A stretch of 64,000 nt of DNA from Candidatus Rokubacteria bacterium RIFCSPLOWO2_02_FULL_73_56 (GTDB taxonomy: Bacteria; Methylomirabilota; Methylomirabilia; Rokubacteriales; CSP1-6), in contig MGCF01000114.1 of assembly GCA_001788495.1 (NCBI GenBank), positions 1,074 through 65,073 on the forward strand. The letters are read 5' to 3'. A program made the position numbers and the translations under genes. Shown piece after piece: positions 22,201 through 34,200 of the stretch. The notes below the pieces were generated by a model. The model saw only the letters and a list, made by a program, of their open reading frames with translations, had not been told where the DNA came from and did not search any database. How positions within the stretch are numbered: position 1 is the stretch's first letter; each line of letters begins with the position of its first letter.

Positions 22201-25200
22201 CGTGTCGGCGCCGGCGCCCAGGCCGAGGGTCAGGCTCTCGAGGCCCGCGTAGAGGACGTCGCCCGGCATGCCGGTCGGCACCGCGAAGAAGGTCACGACC
22301 ACGTCCGCGTCGGCGTCCGGCCGGACCGACGGCGTCAGCCGGAGGCGGTCGCCGGTCAGCGTGTACTGGCCGGCCGGCAGCTCCAGGCCGTCGATCGTCA
22401 CCTTGACCACCGTGAACGGCGTCACCGGCAGGTCGAACTCCGCGTAATCGGCGTCGCCGAACACGAAGCTCTCGGCGCTCGGCTCGGCGCCGGCCTCCGC
22501 GCCCACGGGCAGGTAGGTCACGACCACGTCGGCGGTCTCCGAGGGCCGGACGGTCGGCCGCAGCGTGATCTGCGTGCCGCTCACCTGGAACTCGCCGGCC
22601 GCCAGCTCGAAGCCGCCGACCGTCACGCTCGGCGTGCCCTGGGGCTCGGCGACCAGGATGAAGGTCGCCGCGTAGCCGGCGCCGAAGACGAAGGCCGCGG
22701 CGTCCGGCGCCTCGCCCTGCACGCGGAGCCGCTGCAGCGTGAGGGCGTGCTCCACCGGGTCGGCCGTCGAGTGGAAGACCGGCTCGCCGCCGCGGTGCAG
22801 GCGCGCCTCGTTCCCCAGGTAGACCTTGGGGTCGCCGGCCGCGTACAGCGCCGGCACCCACTCGCCGGAGCCGGGCGAGGTCTCGACGAGGACGATCTCG
22901 CCGCGCGCGTGGTTCTTCACCTCGAGCCGGTAGACGAAGGTCACGCGCGTGTCCACGAGCGGCTTCGTCGTCGGCGTCACGCTGACGACAGGACGGTTCG
23001 GGTCGGCCATGCTCACGCTGAAGGTCCCGACGAGCGGCTGGCCGTCGAGCAGGACTTTGAGGAACTGGTCCGGGCGGCCCGCCTTCAGCGTGAACTGCTG
23101 CGTGGCCGCGCCGTCACGCGTGAACGTGAACTCCTCGGTGCGGTTCTTGCCCACCGTCTCGGCCGTGTGGAGCGCGACCGCGCCCAGCGCGTCGAGGACC
23201 AGGTTGCCCTGGCTGTCCACGATCGGCTGGCCGACCTGGAGCGGCTCGTTGCCGAAGTACTGCTGCGGGTCGTCCGCGTCGTGGACGGCCGGCGTCGCGA
23301 TCACGACCGTCACCGTCACCTGGGCGCCCGCGGTCGGCACGGCGCTCGACAGCGTGAGCGTGTTGTCGGTCGCGTTCACGGCGAAGGCCGAGGCGGCCAG
23401 GCTGAAGATCCGCGTGCCGTCGTACACGGTCACCGCGACCTGGTCGGCGGCCCCGAGGTCGTAGGCGAAGCCCGCGACCGTGTCCAGGTCGAGGACGGTG
23501 CCGCCCGGCAGCGAGGCGCGCGTGAAGGCGACCGGCGTGTACAGCGTGCCCTCCGGCACCAGGTCGCCCTGCGCGTCCACCAGGTCGTACACGCGCTCGA
23601 GCCGGTTGTGGATCTGGACCTGGTCGGCGCCGTGCAGGAACGCCGAGCCGTCGCCGTTGAACACCTGGGCGCCGTTCTCGTCGAACACCGGCTCGCCGCC
23701 CAGGTACCGCTGGAAGGCGCCGCCGAGCTGGTAGACGGGCTCGCCGGCCGTGTGCAGCAGCGGGTCGCCCGCCTCGTGCAGCAGCGCCGCGCCGAACGGA
23801 TCGCGCAGCACCTTCGGGTTGCCGAAGGCGTCCTTCGCGAAGAGGTCGACGACCACGTCGCCCGCCGCGTGGACCAGCGGGACGTGCGTGAACGGATCGA
23901 GCACCGGCTCGCCGCCGAAGTAGAGCTCCTGCACCGGCGACTGCCAGTAGGTCGCCACGCCCGCGCCGTGGAGGATCGGGCGGCCCTGCGCGTCGAGGTC
24001 GGCCACCGGGATGCGGTAGGTGGCGAGCGTCGCGCTCACGTCCGTCGCGTCCCCGGTGTTCACGAGGTTCAGCACGTCGGTGCCGCCGCCGCCCGCCGCG
24101 ATCGAGTCGAAGACGCGGACGAAGTCGCGCAGCTCGGTCACGTTGACGGGCACGAGCGACGGGCGGTTGACGCCGGGGAACACGTCCGTCTTGCGCCCGG
24201 AGGCGTCGATCCACAGGTTCACCGCCGACGCGCTCGAGAAGTCGGTGATGAAGCTCCTGGTGTTTTTCGCGCGGATCACGATGTTGTCGATCTCGTACGA
24301 GGCGTCCTGGCCGTTGCGCTCGCCGGCGAACGCCACCGTGGCGTGGTCGCCGGTCGCGGTGAACTCCGCGGTGAAGCTCTGGAACGGCCCGCTCGCCGGC
24401 GCCTGGGACTTGCGCGCCTGGAACTTGACGGCGCCGTCCACGAGCACGGCGAACGAGGTCGGGGCGGTGCCGGAGTCGCTCCCGTACTGCGCGTAGATGT
24501 TCCGGTACTGACCCGTGATCTGGTACGTCACCCCCGGGTTCAGGTTCGCGAGCGTCTGCTGGATCGTCGGGTCGCTGCCGGCCGCGCCGTTGCTGTTCAG
24601 GACGTACGTCTGGTTCGTGACCGTGCTGATCCGGAAGAACGGGAACGTGCCCGTGAACTCGAACGTGAAGAACAGGATGTTGCTCCGCCAGCCGCCGTTG
24701 CCGTCGATGTTGAAGGTGCTGAACCCGCCCGCGGTGCCGTTGAGCGGCACGAAGTCGTCGAAGTCGCCGTTGGTGGCGATGTCCGTGCCGAGCTGCTCGA
24801 ACACCTTGTCGAAGCTCGTGTCCACGTAGACCTGCTTCACCGGCCCTTCCTGGCTCGAGTCCGCGGGCACGATGACCGGGATGCCGGTGGACGTCGCGAG
24901 GTCGGTGATCTCGTTGCCCTCGGCGTCGAAGTAGAGCGGGGCGCCGGCGGCCAGGCCGTTGGCGGTCTTGTGCTTGCCGAACTCCGCCACGCCCTTCTCC
25001 TGGACGAGCTTCTCGACGATCGCGCCGCCCTCGTCGAGCACGACCGTCCGCGCCTGCAGCGCCGAGCCGTTGCCGGCGACGGCGTCCGTGTCCTTGAGGA
25101 TCGGCACCATCGTCGCCCTGAAGTAGAGCGTGCCGTCGCTGGCGACGAACGGGTGCGCGAAGTCGTTGACGATGCCGGTGGTGCCGAGCGGCACGAGCAC

Positions 25201-28200
25201 GATCTTCGCCGTGAGGAACGGCTGCAGGAACGCCTCGTCGTCGCGCACCGGGTCCGGGTGCTCGCTGAGCGCGGCGTCGCCGTCCACGGTGAGGCGGTCG
25301 ATGATCTGGGCCAGCCGGTCGTCCGGCGCCTGCACGGTGATGACGTCGTTGCCGTCGCCGCCGTTGACGTGCGTCGGCCCGCCGACGGACTTGATCTGGA
25401 TGGTGTCGTTGCCGCCGCCCGCCCAGATCAGCACGCTGGTGCCGGCCGGCGTCTCGGTCACCGTGAAGTTGTCGGCGCCGTCGTCGGCGGCCTTGCCGGG
25501 GGAGGCCGAGCGCCCGTCGGCCAGCCGCAGCTCGACGTTCTCGATACCGCCGAGCTCGACGCCGTGATAGACCGTCGTGTCCTGCGCCGCCTTGCCGCCG
25601 GCCGGGATGCCGAGGCCCGCGCCCTCGAGGCTCAGCACCGTGTCGAAGATCGGGGCGCCGTTCTCGTCGTGGTCCGGCCCGAAGATCGGGATGCCGTCGT
25701 TGCGCAGCTCGCCCGCCTCGTCGACGACGCCGTCGGCGTCGTCGTCGATCCCCGGCAGGCCCGGCACGAAGCGCGGGATCTCGCCGATCTGCGTCATCCG
25801 CTGCGTGGTGCGCAGCCGCAGCTCGCCGGCGGGCGAGGTCCCCTCCTGGTTGTGGTAGATCACGCGGTCGCCGTCCGTCTCGAACTGGTCGCCGCCGTTG
25901 ATGGTCAGGCGGCCGCGGATCTCGGAGGCGTCGAGGCTCCGGTCGGCCTTGAAGGCGAACGGCAGCGGATCGACCTCGACCGGCGGCGGCTGGATCAGCT
26001 TGAACCGCGGCTCCAGGCGCCCGATCCGGTAGGTCAGGGTGAGCGTGCCGACGTTGATCTCCACCTGCCGGTTGAAGAGGAGCGCGAAGAAGAAGTCGAA
26101 CCGCACCAGCGCCGAGATGTCCTCCGCGGTCGCCGAGACGCTGGCGAACGGCAGGAACGCCCGGAGCGACGCGTTCCACGCCCGGAGGTAGGCGTCCACC
26201 ACCGACCGGCCCGCCGCGTCCACCGCCGCCGCCACGTTGCCGTCGACGGCCGCGAAGTGCGGGAAGAGCGGGCCGCCGCGGCCGAGCCAGTCGAAGATGT
26301 CGACCGTGAACCGCACGTTGTGCAGCGGGAACGTGAACTCGTCGAACACGAGCTCCGGCGGCAGCGGCACCTCGAACGGCGGCGGCGTGTAGGTGAACGG
26401 CGGCGGATCGAAGATCAGCGTGGGCGCGTCGCCGCCGATGTGGATGGTGTCGTCGCCCGAGCCGCCGGTGATGATCGTCTCGAAGTCGTCGCCGGTCGAC
26501 AGGATGTAGATCTCGTCGTCGCCGCCGGCGCCGTCCACCTCGACCGCCTCGATCCCCGTGAAGGTCACGATGCGGCCGGCGCCCGCCACGTAGGTGTCGG
26601 TCACCACGAACACGTCGCCGATCGGCGTGCCGACGATGATGATCGTGTCGATGCCCGGGCCGCCGTTGATGAACACGGGCGCGTTCTGGAGGTAGTCGTA
26701 GCGGTTCGAGCCCGTGCCGCCGAACAGGTCGGCCAGGTTCGTGATCTCGTCCGGGTTGTCCGCGTTCTCCTTCAGGACCAGGAAGGTCTTGAGGAGGAAC
26801 CGGTCGTTGCCGCTTCCGCCGTGCAGGTACAGCTTGCCGCGGTTGTGGTTGACCTCGAAGCGGTCGTTCTGGCCGTCGCCGAGCACGAACAGGGTGGCCG
26901 TGTTGCCGTTCGTCATGTTCTGCGTGTCGGCCACGGGCACGCCGTCCGGGAACTCCAGCGTGCGGTTGCCCGGGTCCGGGATGAGCGGCACGGTGCCGAT
27001 GACGATCTCGTCGTCGCCGCTGCCCATATCGATGATCGTCACCACCGCGGTGTCGTTCGACAGCACGCGGTCGGCGCCGCCCAGCGTGTAGATCTCGGCG
27101 CGCTCCATGCCGCGGTAGGTGATCAGCATGGACGACACCTCGGTGGCCTGGATGAAGCCCACGCGGAAGGCGCCGCTGCCCGTCGCGTTCAGCGTGATGC
27201 GGTCGGACTGGTTCGTCCCGTACACGATCACCCGGTCCACGCCGGAGCCGCCGCCGCTGTCCACGATCTCGACCCGCGCCGTGCTGTCGAGGGTGACCGT
27301 GACCACGTAGTGCTCGGCGAACTGGTTCACCTCGTTGCCGCGCGCGTCGAGGATGGCCCGGCCCTGCCACGGCGTCACGCGGCGGGCCACGCCGCTGACG
27401 AAGATCGTGTTGTCGGAGTCGTTCACGACCATCGTGTTGTTGCCGATGCCGCCCGTGAGGATGGCGACCTCGAAGAGGCCGGTGATCGACTCCACGGTGG
27501 CGCCGGCCCACCGGTCGCCGTTGCCCGTGGCCCGGAAGGACGGATCCTGCTCGTTGCGGATCCGGGAGACCAGCGACGTCTCGTCCGGGAACCCGCCGGC
27601 CGCGTTGGCGAACCTGCTGGTGCCGTTGTCTGCGCGCAGCTCGCCGGTGACGAAGGTGTCGCCGTAGAGGCCGAAGTCGGTGTCCTGCGTCTCGACCAGC
27701 GTGTCGGTGTCGGCCACCGGGCTGGCGTCGAAGAAGCGGTCGAGGCCCAGGCCGCCCGTCACGCGGTCGCTGCCGGTGCCGCTGTCGAGCACGTCGTTGA
27801 ACGGCGAGCCGATCAGCGTGTCGTTGCCGCTTCCGCCGAGCAGCACCACGGCCACGAGGTCCGGGTACACGGGCGCCACGCTCGGGTCGTCGTCGCCGAG
27901 GCCCGAGGCGTCCAGCGTGTCGTGGCCGCCGAGCGCGTCCACGATCAGCGTGTCGCCCTCGCCCCGGACCGTGTCCTGGACGAACACGTCGAGCACGCCG
28001 GCCTGGATGACCCGGATGTCCACGACCACGCCGTTCGCCACGTTGTTGCCCGACACCGTGTACTGGTCGTTGCCGGACGTGCCCTCGATCCGGACCGTGT
28101 CGGCGGCGCGGTCGTCGGCGATGCTGACCACCGGCGTGTTCACCACGACGCCCGAGGACGTCGTCACCGGCGTCGTCGTGCCCGTGTCGGTGATCACCTT

Positions 28201-31200
28201 GCCCGTCTTCACCGTGACCGTGGTCACCGTCGAGCCCACCAGACTCCTGATCGTGATGTCGTCGGCGCCGGCGCCGGCGTCGATGATCAGGTCCTCGATC
28301 GAGTTGCCACGGATGGAGGCGGTCACGGCCGCGCCGCTGAGCCGCGCCACCTCGATGGCCGCCCCCGCCGGCTTGGAGATCCTCAGGATGTCGCCGTCCG
28401 GGGTGGCGATGACGATGAGCGCGTCGCGGCCAATCCCGCCCTGGACGGTGTTGTGGGTGATGCTCTGCAGCGTCCAGCGGATGGCATCGTCGTCGCCGCC
28501 GGCGTCGATGACGTCGTTGCCGCCGCGGCCGTCGATCAGGTCGCTGCCCGTGCCGCCCGTGATCGTGTCGTTGACGGCCCCGCCGAAGAGCTGGTCGTTG
28601 CCGGCACCGCCGGTGATCACCGCCGCGCCGGGGCCGTTGTGCCGGATGAAGTCGTCGCCGTCGCCGCCCTGCATCTCGGCCGTCGGCGTGGCCTCGCCGG
28701 TCTCGAGGTAGTCCGCGTCGCCGTCACCGAACAGCCGCGCGTGGCCGGTGCCCTCGTAGACCAGCGCGTCGGTGCCGGGACCGCCGTGGAGCTCCACCGG
28801 CACCCGCACGCCCTCGCGGACGAGGATCGTGTCGGAGCCGCCCTCGCCGAAGGCCACGATCTTCTTGACGCCCGTGTAGATCTTCTCGCGGCCGCTGAAC
28901 TTGACCTTGAGGGTCTCGCCGCTGACCGCGTCGCCCTCGACGTGCTCGATGATGTAGATCTCGTTGGCCTCGCCCTCGCCGATGCCGCGGACCGAGTTGC
29001 GGGAGCCCATGTTCAGCCACAGCTCGCCGTTGCCGGCGTTGCCGCCCGTGAAGCGCTTCCAGCTCTCCGGGTCGCCCGGCGTGCCCTGGTTGCCGGCCAG
29101 GAACACCGGCTTGGGCAGCTCGACGTAGCCGAGGGTGAAGTCCATCGTGACGGAGACGTCGAAGAACAGGAAGGAGATCGAGGCGCGGGCGTGCACGTTG
29201 ACCGGCACGCGGCCCGCGCCCTCGGCGGTCACGCTGAAGGCGATGCTCACGGTGCCGAAGTTGAGGCCGAACGCCCGCAGGCCGACGCTCGCGCTGGCGA
29301 TGACGCCGAACCGGTAGAACTCGGTCACCGGGTTCTGGTCGAGGAAGACCTGGACGTGGAACTCGCCGACGAGCCCGAAGCTGCGCGAGCCGAGGACGAC
29401 CTCGCCGTCGAGCTTGATGTTGAACCAGCCCTTGGAGTTGAACCAGCCGCCGGCCGACAGCGTGGCGATCCCGAAGAAGTCGATGCCCACGCCGAAGGCG
29501 ACCACCCACTCCCCCGTGCCGATGAACTGCGTGGACTGCGTCACCCCGCTGCCGACCGTCACGTACTGGTTGCCGCCGATCTGGACCAGGAAGTTCGCCT
29601 CGAACCGCAGCACGTCGAGGAAGTTGACCTCGCCGTGCAGGGCCAGGCGGAAGGAGCGGGCGCCCACCGTGACGCCGGCGAGCGTGCGGGCCGCGCCCGA
29701 CGTGTTGAGGTGCAGCTGGCCGGACGCCTGGATCTTGAGGATGCCGAACATGTTGGCGTCGATCGACACGTCCAGCACGAGGGCGAGGCCGGGGTTGGCG
29801 TCGCCGTAGACGCCCGCGCCGCCGCGCGCCGCGATCAGGATCGGCCCCAGCTGCAGGGTCACGTCGAACTCGAGGACGAAGGCCTGGTTGCGGATCGTGA
29901 TGTCGATGGAGCCCGAGGCCTTGACGAAGCCGAGGAACTCCACCTCCCCGGCCAGGTGCAGCTTGAAGCCGCTCGGCACCGCGCGGTCGCCGAGCAGCGG
30001 CAGGGTCTTGGTGAAGTTCGCCGTGTTCAGCTCGAGCGTCGCCTCCGCGTTGAAGCTGATGCCCAGGCTGCCGCCGAGCCCCGCCCCGATGTGGAACTCG
30101 GCGTAGAGCACGAGGCCGTCGCCGTCGATCCGCATCCCGGCGCTGACGTCGACGGAGCCGATCGGGCTCAGGACCAGCGAGGCCTCGACCGCGACCTCGA
30201 TGTGGTCCGGCGCGATCACCATCTCGAACCGGCCCTCGATGATGAGGATGCTGGCGATCGTCATCCGGCCGCGGACGATCAGCAACAGGCCCGGGTCGAT
30301 GTCCACCGGGCCGAGGGCGATGTCGCCCGCGTCGGCATCGCCCGGGTTCGCCTGCCCGGCCTGGAGCTTGGTGGCGAGCAGCCCCGCCGCCGGGTCGGTC
30401 GGGCTCGCCACCACGCCGGCCTCGAACCGGGTCAGGAAGCTGGTCAGGGTGAAGGGCGACCCGAAGGTGTTGATCGCGAGGATGATGTGGCCGGCCAGGC
30501 TGACGCCGGGGATGATGCCGCCGGCCTGGAGGGCCAGGGTGGCGCGGCCGACGAGGCCCGGGTTCAGGCCGGCGATGGTGCCGGCCGGGTCGTAGTCGAG
30601 GTACAGCGTGAAGTCGAGCGAGCCCGAGAGCGAGCCGAGGAACGCGATGTTGGTGCTCACCGCGCCGGCGATCCGGATCGCGTCCTCGCTGCCGCTGAAG
30701 CTGATGAAGCCGTTCAGCGTGATCGCGTCGAACAGCGTGATCGAGCCCTGGACCAGGGCGAACGCGTAGAACTCGCCCGTCTGGTCGAAGTTCGGGTCCT
30801 GCTGCGTGCCCGTGAGGTCCGGCCGCGACTGGAAGATCACGATCGAGGTCGGGAAGTCGTCCGGCAGCACGGCCAGGAACGACTCCGGCACGTCGAACAC
30901 CTGGTCCTTGAGGGTCGTGTTGAGGACGACCACGACCTCGCCGTGGAACGAGAAGATGTTCGCCGGCAGCACGCCGTTGACGTCGTCGCCCGCGCTCGCG
31001 GGCACCCCCACGCCGAGCTCCACGTTCAGCATCGCCGCCACGCCCGGGATGGCGTTCTGCTCGGGGCCCGAGCGCGCGCCCACCGCGTCGATGATCAGCA
31101 GGCCGATGAAGCGGCCCTCCACGAGGCCCAGCACGCTGCCCGCGGCCGTGACGAACAGCTCGAAGCGCTCCGGGTTGAACCGCAGCAGGAAGCCGCCGCC

Positions 31201-34200
31201 CATCTCGAAGAAGACCTGCTCCGGGTCGCCGGGGGCGGTGATCTTGAGGCCGCCCACGATCTCGATGGCGAAGGAGACCGGCGCCAGGTCGTAGCTGCGC
31301 GCCTCGCTCCGGACCACGTAGATCTCCGCGCCGTTCTTCTCCGTCGCCTTCTCGATGAAGAGCTGGCGCTTGTCGGCCAGCTTGACCTTCCACTTCGTGT
31401 CCGTCACGCCCTCGATCGTCGCGTTCTGGAGCTGCTCGGCCGTGAGCACCGCGAAGGGCTCGAGCTTGAGCTTCTGGCCCGACAGCAGCGTCAGCGTCTG
31501 CTCCGCGTCGAACGCGTCGAGGATGCCGTCGGCGTCCGGGTCGTGCGTGAACGTGGCCGACGACGTGAGCAGCGAGATCAGCGAGGCCGGCAGCGGCACC
31601 GGGTTGAACCGGTCGGTCGGCAGGCCCGTGAGCGAGGCGGTCGGGGTGGCGACGATCACGCCGCCCGGGATGCCCTCGAGCGAGATGCGCTCGTGCTGCA
31701 TGCGGTCGGTGGTGTTCACCTGGAGCAGCGCGCTGCCCTGCAGGTACACGCCGTACTGCTCGAGGAACTCGAAGTTGGTCGAGAAGGCGGCCACGCCCCA
31801 GAACTCGATGTCGGCCAGGCTGTCGCCCGTCTCCAGCACGAAGTGCGCGGCGCCGGAGGCGATGTTGCCGAGCTTGATGACCTTGATCGTGCCGGACGCG
31901 GAGAGCTCGAACCGCAGCCGCGTGCTGCTGTCGGGCATCGTGCGCTCGCCGATCTCGAGGCTCACCTTGCCGCGGATCTCGAGGATCGGCTCCTCGAACA
32001 GGTCGGCGAAGCGCAGCGTCATGCCGCCCGAGATGTCGATGAAGAAGACGCGGTTCTGCGGCTGGCTCGCGGTCGAGGTCTCGAGCCGCTCGATGACCTG
32101 GAAGGTCTCGGTCTCGCCGGTGCCGAGGTTGCCGGCCTCGTCCGCCCACGAGCCGGCCACGAACCCGACGCTGACCGTGCCCGGCACGAACTGGCCCGTG
32201 AGGTAGTAGCGGACCGTCCGCGCGTCGGCGAGAAGCGTCGGCGCCTTGCCGGCGTCGAGCGCGACCGCCGTCGGGCCCGGGCCGAGGGCCGTGCCGCCCA
32301 GCGCCAGCTCGTCGCCGTCGAGGCTGGCGGCGTCGAGCGCCACGCTGCCGGCGCTGTTGAAGCGGACGTCGATGTACGTGCCGCCCGCGAGGGGGACCAC
32401 GCGGTCCGCCTCGACGACGCTCGGGACGTCCCCGCCGTTGACCGTGTAGGCCCACGCCCCGCTCGCGTAGACGAGCGTGAGCTGCTGGCCCTGGGCGAGG
32501 CCGACCTTCTCCACGCGGTAGCGGTACAGGCCCGGGGTCGCCGTCTCGCCGCTGGCGCCGGGGGCCTGCCCGAGCGCCGTGAGCGTGACGCCGGACTCGA
32601 CGATGGTGAACTCGTCGATCGTCGCGGTCCCGATCGAGGCCGTGCTCAGCGTCGGCGTCTCGCCGAACGGCACCTCGATCACGAGGTCGGTGAGGCCCGG
32701 GTCCGGGTTCTGGTCGAACACGTTGACCGTGCGCTCCGCGAACAGCGGGATCGGCTCGCCCGCGCCGTCGAGGAAGGCCACGCTGCCGCCGATGAACTCG
32801 AGCGTCACGTCGCCCGTGGTGGCGCCGGTGTAGAAGTACCGGAACGTCCAGTCGCTGCCGACGTGGCTCACCAGCACCGGCGCGCGGCCCGCGTCGAGCG
32901 TCACGTCCGCGCCCGACACGCTGAACTCGGGCGCCAGGTCGGTCACCGAGGCCGGGTCCAGCGACGCCGCGTACGCCGGCACCGTGTAGGTCACGTCGAA
33001 GAAGCTGCGGCCGTTCAGGTCGTCGGTGCCCGTGATCGAGCCGGCCGGCGGGTCGATCAGGTCCGCCGTCAGCTGCTGGACCACGAAGCGCTCGGTCTCG
33101 GCCAGCGTCGGGATGCCCGCCGGCTCGATACGCGGCTGGCCGTCGAGGTCCAGGGTCTCGGCGTCGGCCGACTGGACGGCGCCGGCGACGAAGCTCACCT
33201 CGACCGTGCCCGGCACGAAGGCGCCGGTCACGTAGTAGCGGAACACGCTGGTGCCGGCCAGCGGGGTCGGGGCGGCCGCCGCCAGGAGCGCCACCGTGCC
33301 GAGGCCCGGGCCGCCCAGGCCGAACTCCGGAGCGGCGTCGGTGATGCTCTCGAGGTCGAGGACGTCCCCGCCCGTCGGGGTGAGCCGCACGTCCAGGTAG
33401 CCGATGTTCGGCGTCGCGACGCCGCCCACCAGGAAGTCCTCGGGCGCCACCGGGCCCGTGAAGTCGTTGACCACCGACCACGTGCCGCGCGTGAAGGTGG
33501 CGGTGACGGCGCCGGAGGCCGCGAAGGCGCCCGTGACCTCGTAGCGGACCGTCGCGCCGTCGCCCAGCACCACGGGGGCGGCGCCGCGGCTGATCGCCAC
33601 GCTGCCGAGGCCGGCGCCGCCGAGCGTGACCTCGTCGAAGTCCGCCAGCGAGGCCGGGTGCAGCTGGACGCCCGTGCCCACCGGGAACGGCACGTCGATG
33701 AACGTGGCGACCACGATGAAGGCCGCCTCCGGATCCTCGACGTCGCCCAGCGCCACCAGCTCCGTGGAGCTCCCGGGATCGACCGACACCGCGCCCTCGG
33801 CGTCGGTCACCGACCACGTGCCGTGGGTGAAGGTCGCCGTCACGGCGCCCGTCGCGGCGAAGGCGCCGGTGACGGCGTAGCGGACCGTCGCGCCGTCGGC
33901 GAGGACCCGCGGCGCCACGCCGGTGTCGATCGCCACGCTGCCGAGGCCGGCGGCGCCGGGATCGAGCGTGAACTCGTCGAAGTCCGCGAGCGACGCCGCG
34001 TCGAGCCGGAAGCCCGCGGCCACCGGGAACGGCACGTCGATGAAGGTCTCGGTGACGACGAACGCGTCGCCGACCGCGCCGAGCGTGAGCGTCGTCGCGG
34101 GCCCGGCGGCGTCAGTGACGGCGAAGCCGCGCGCGGCGCTCTCGGTGAGGAACGTGACCGCGACGTCGCCGGCCACGTAGGTGCCGAGCGTCCAGTACCG

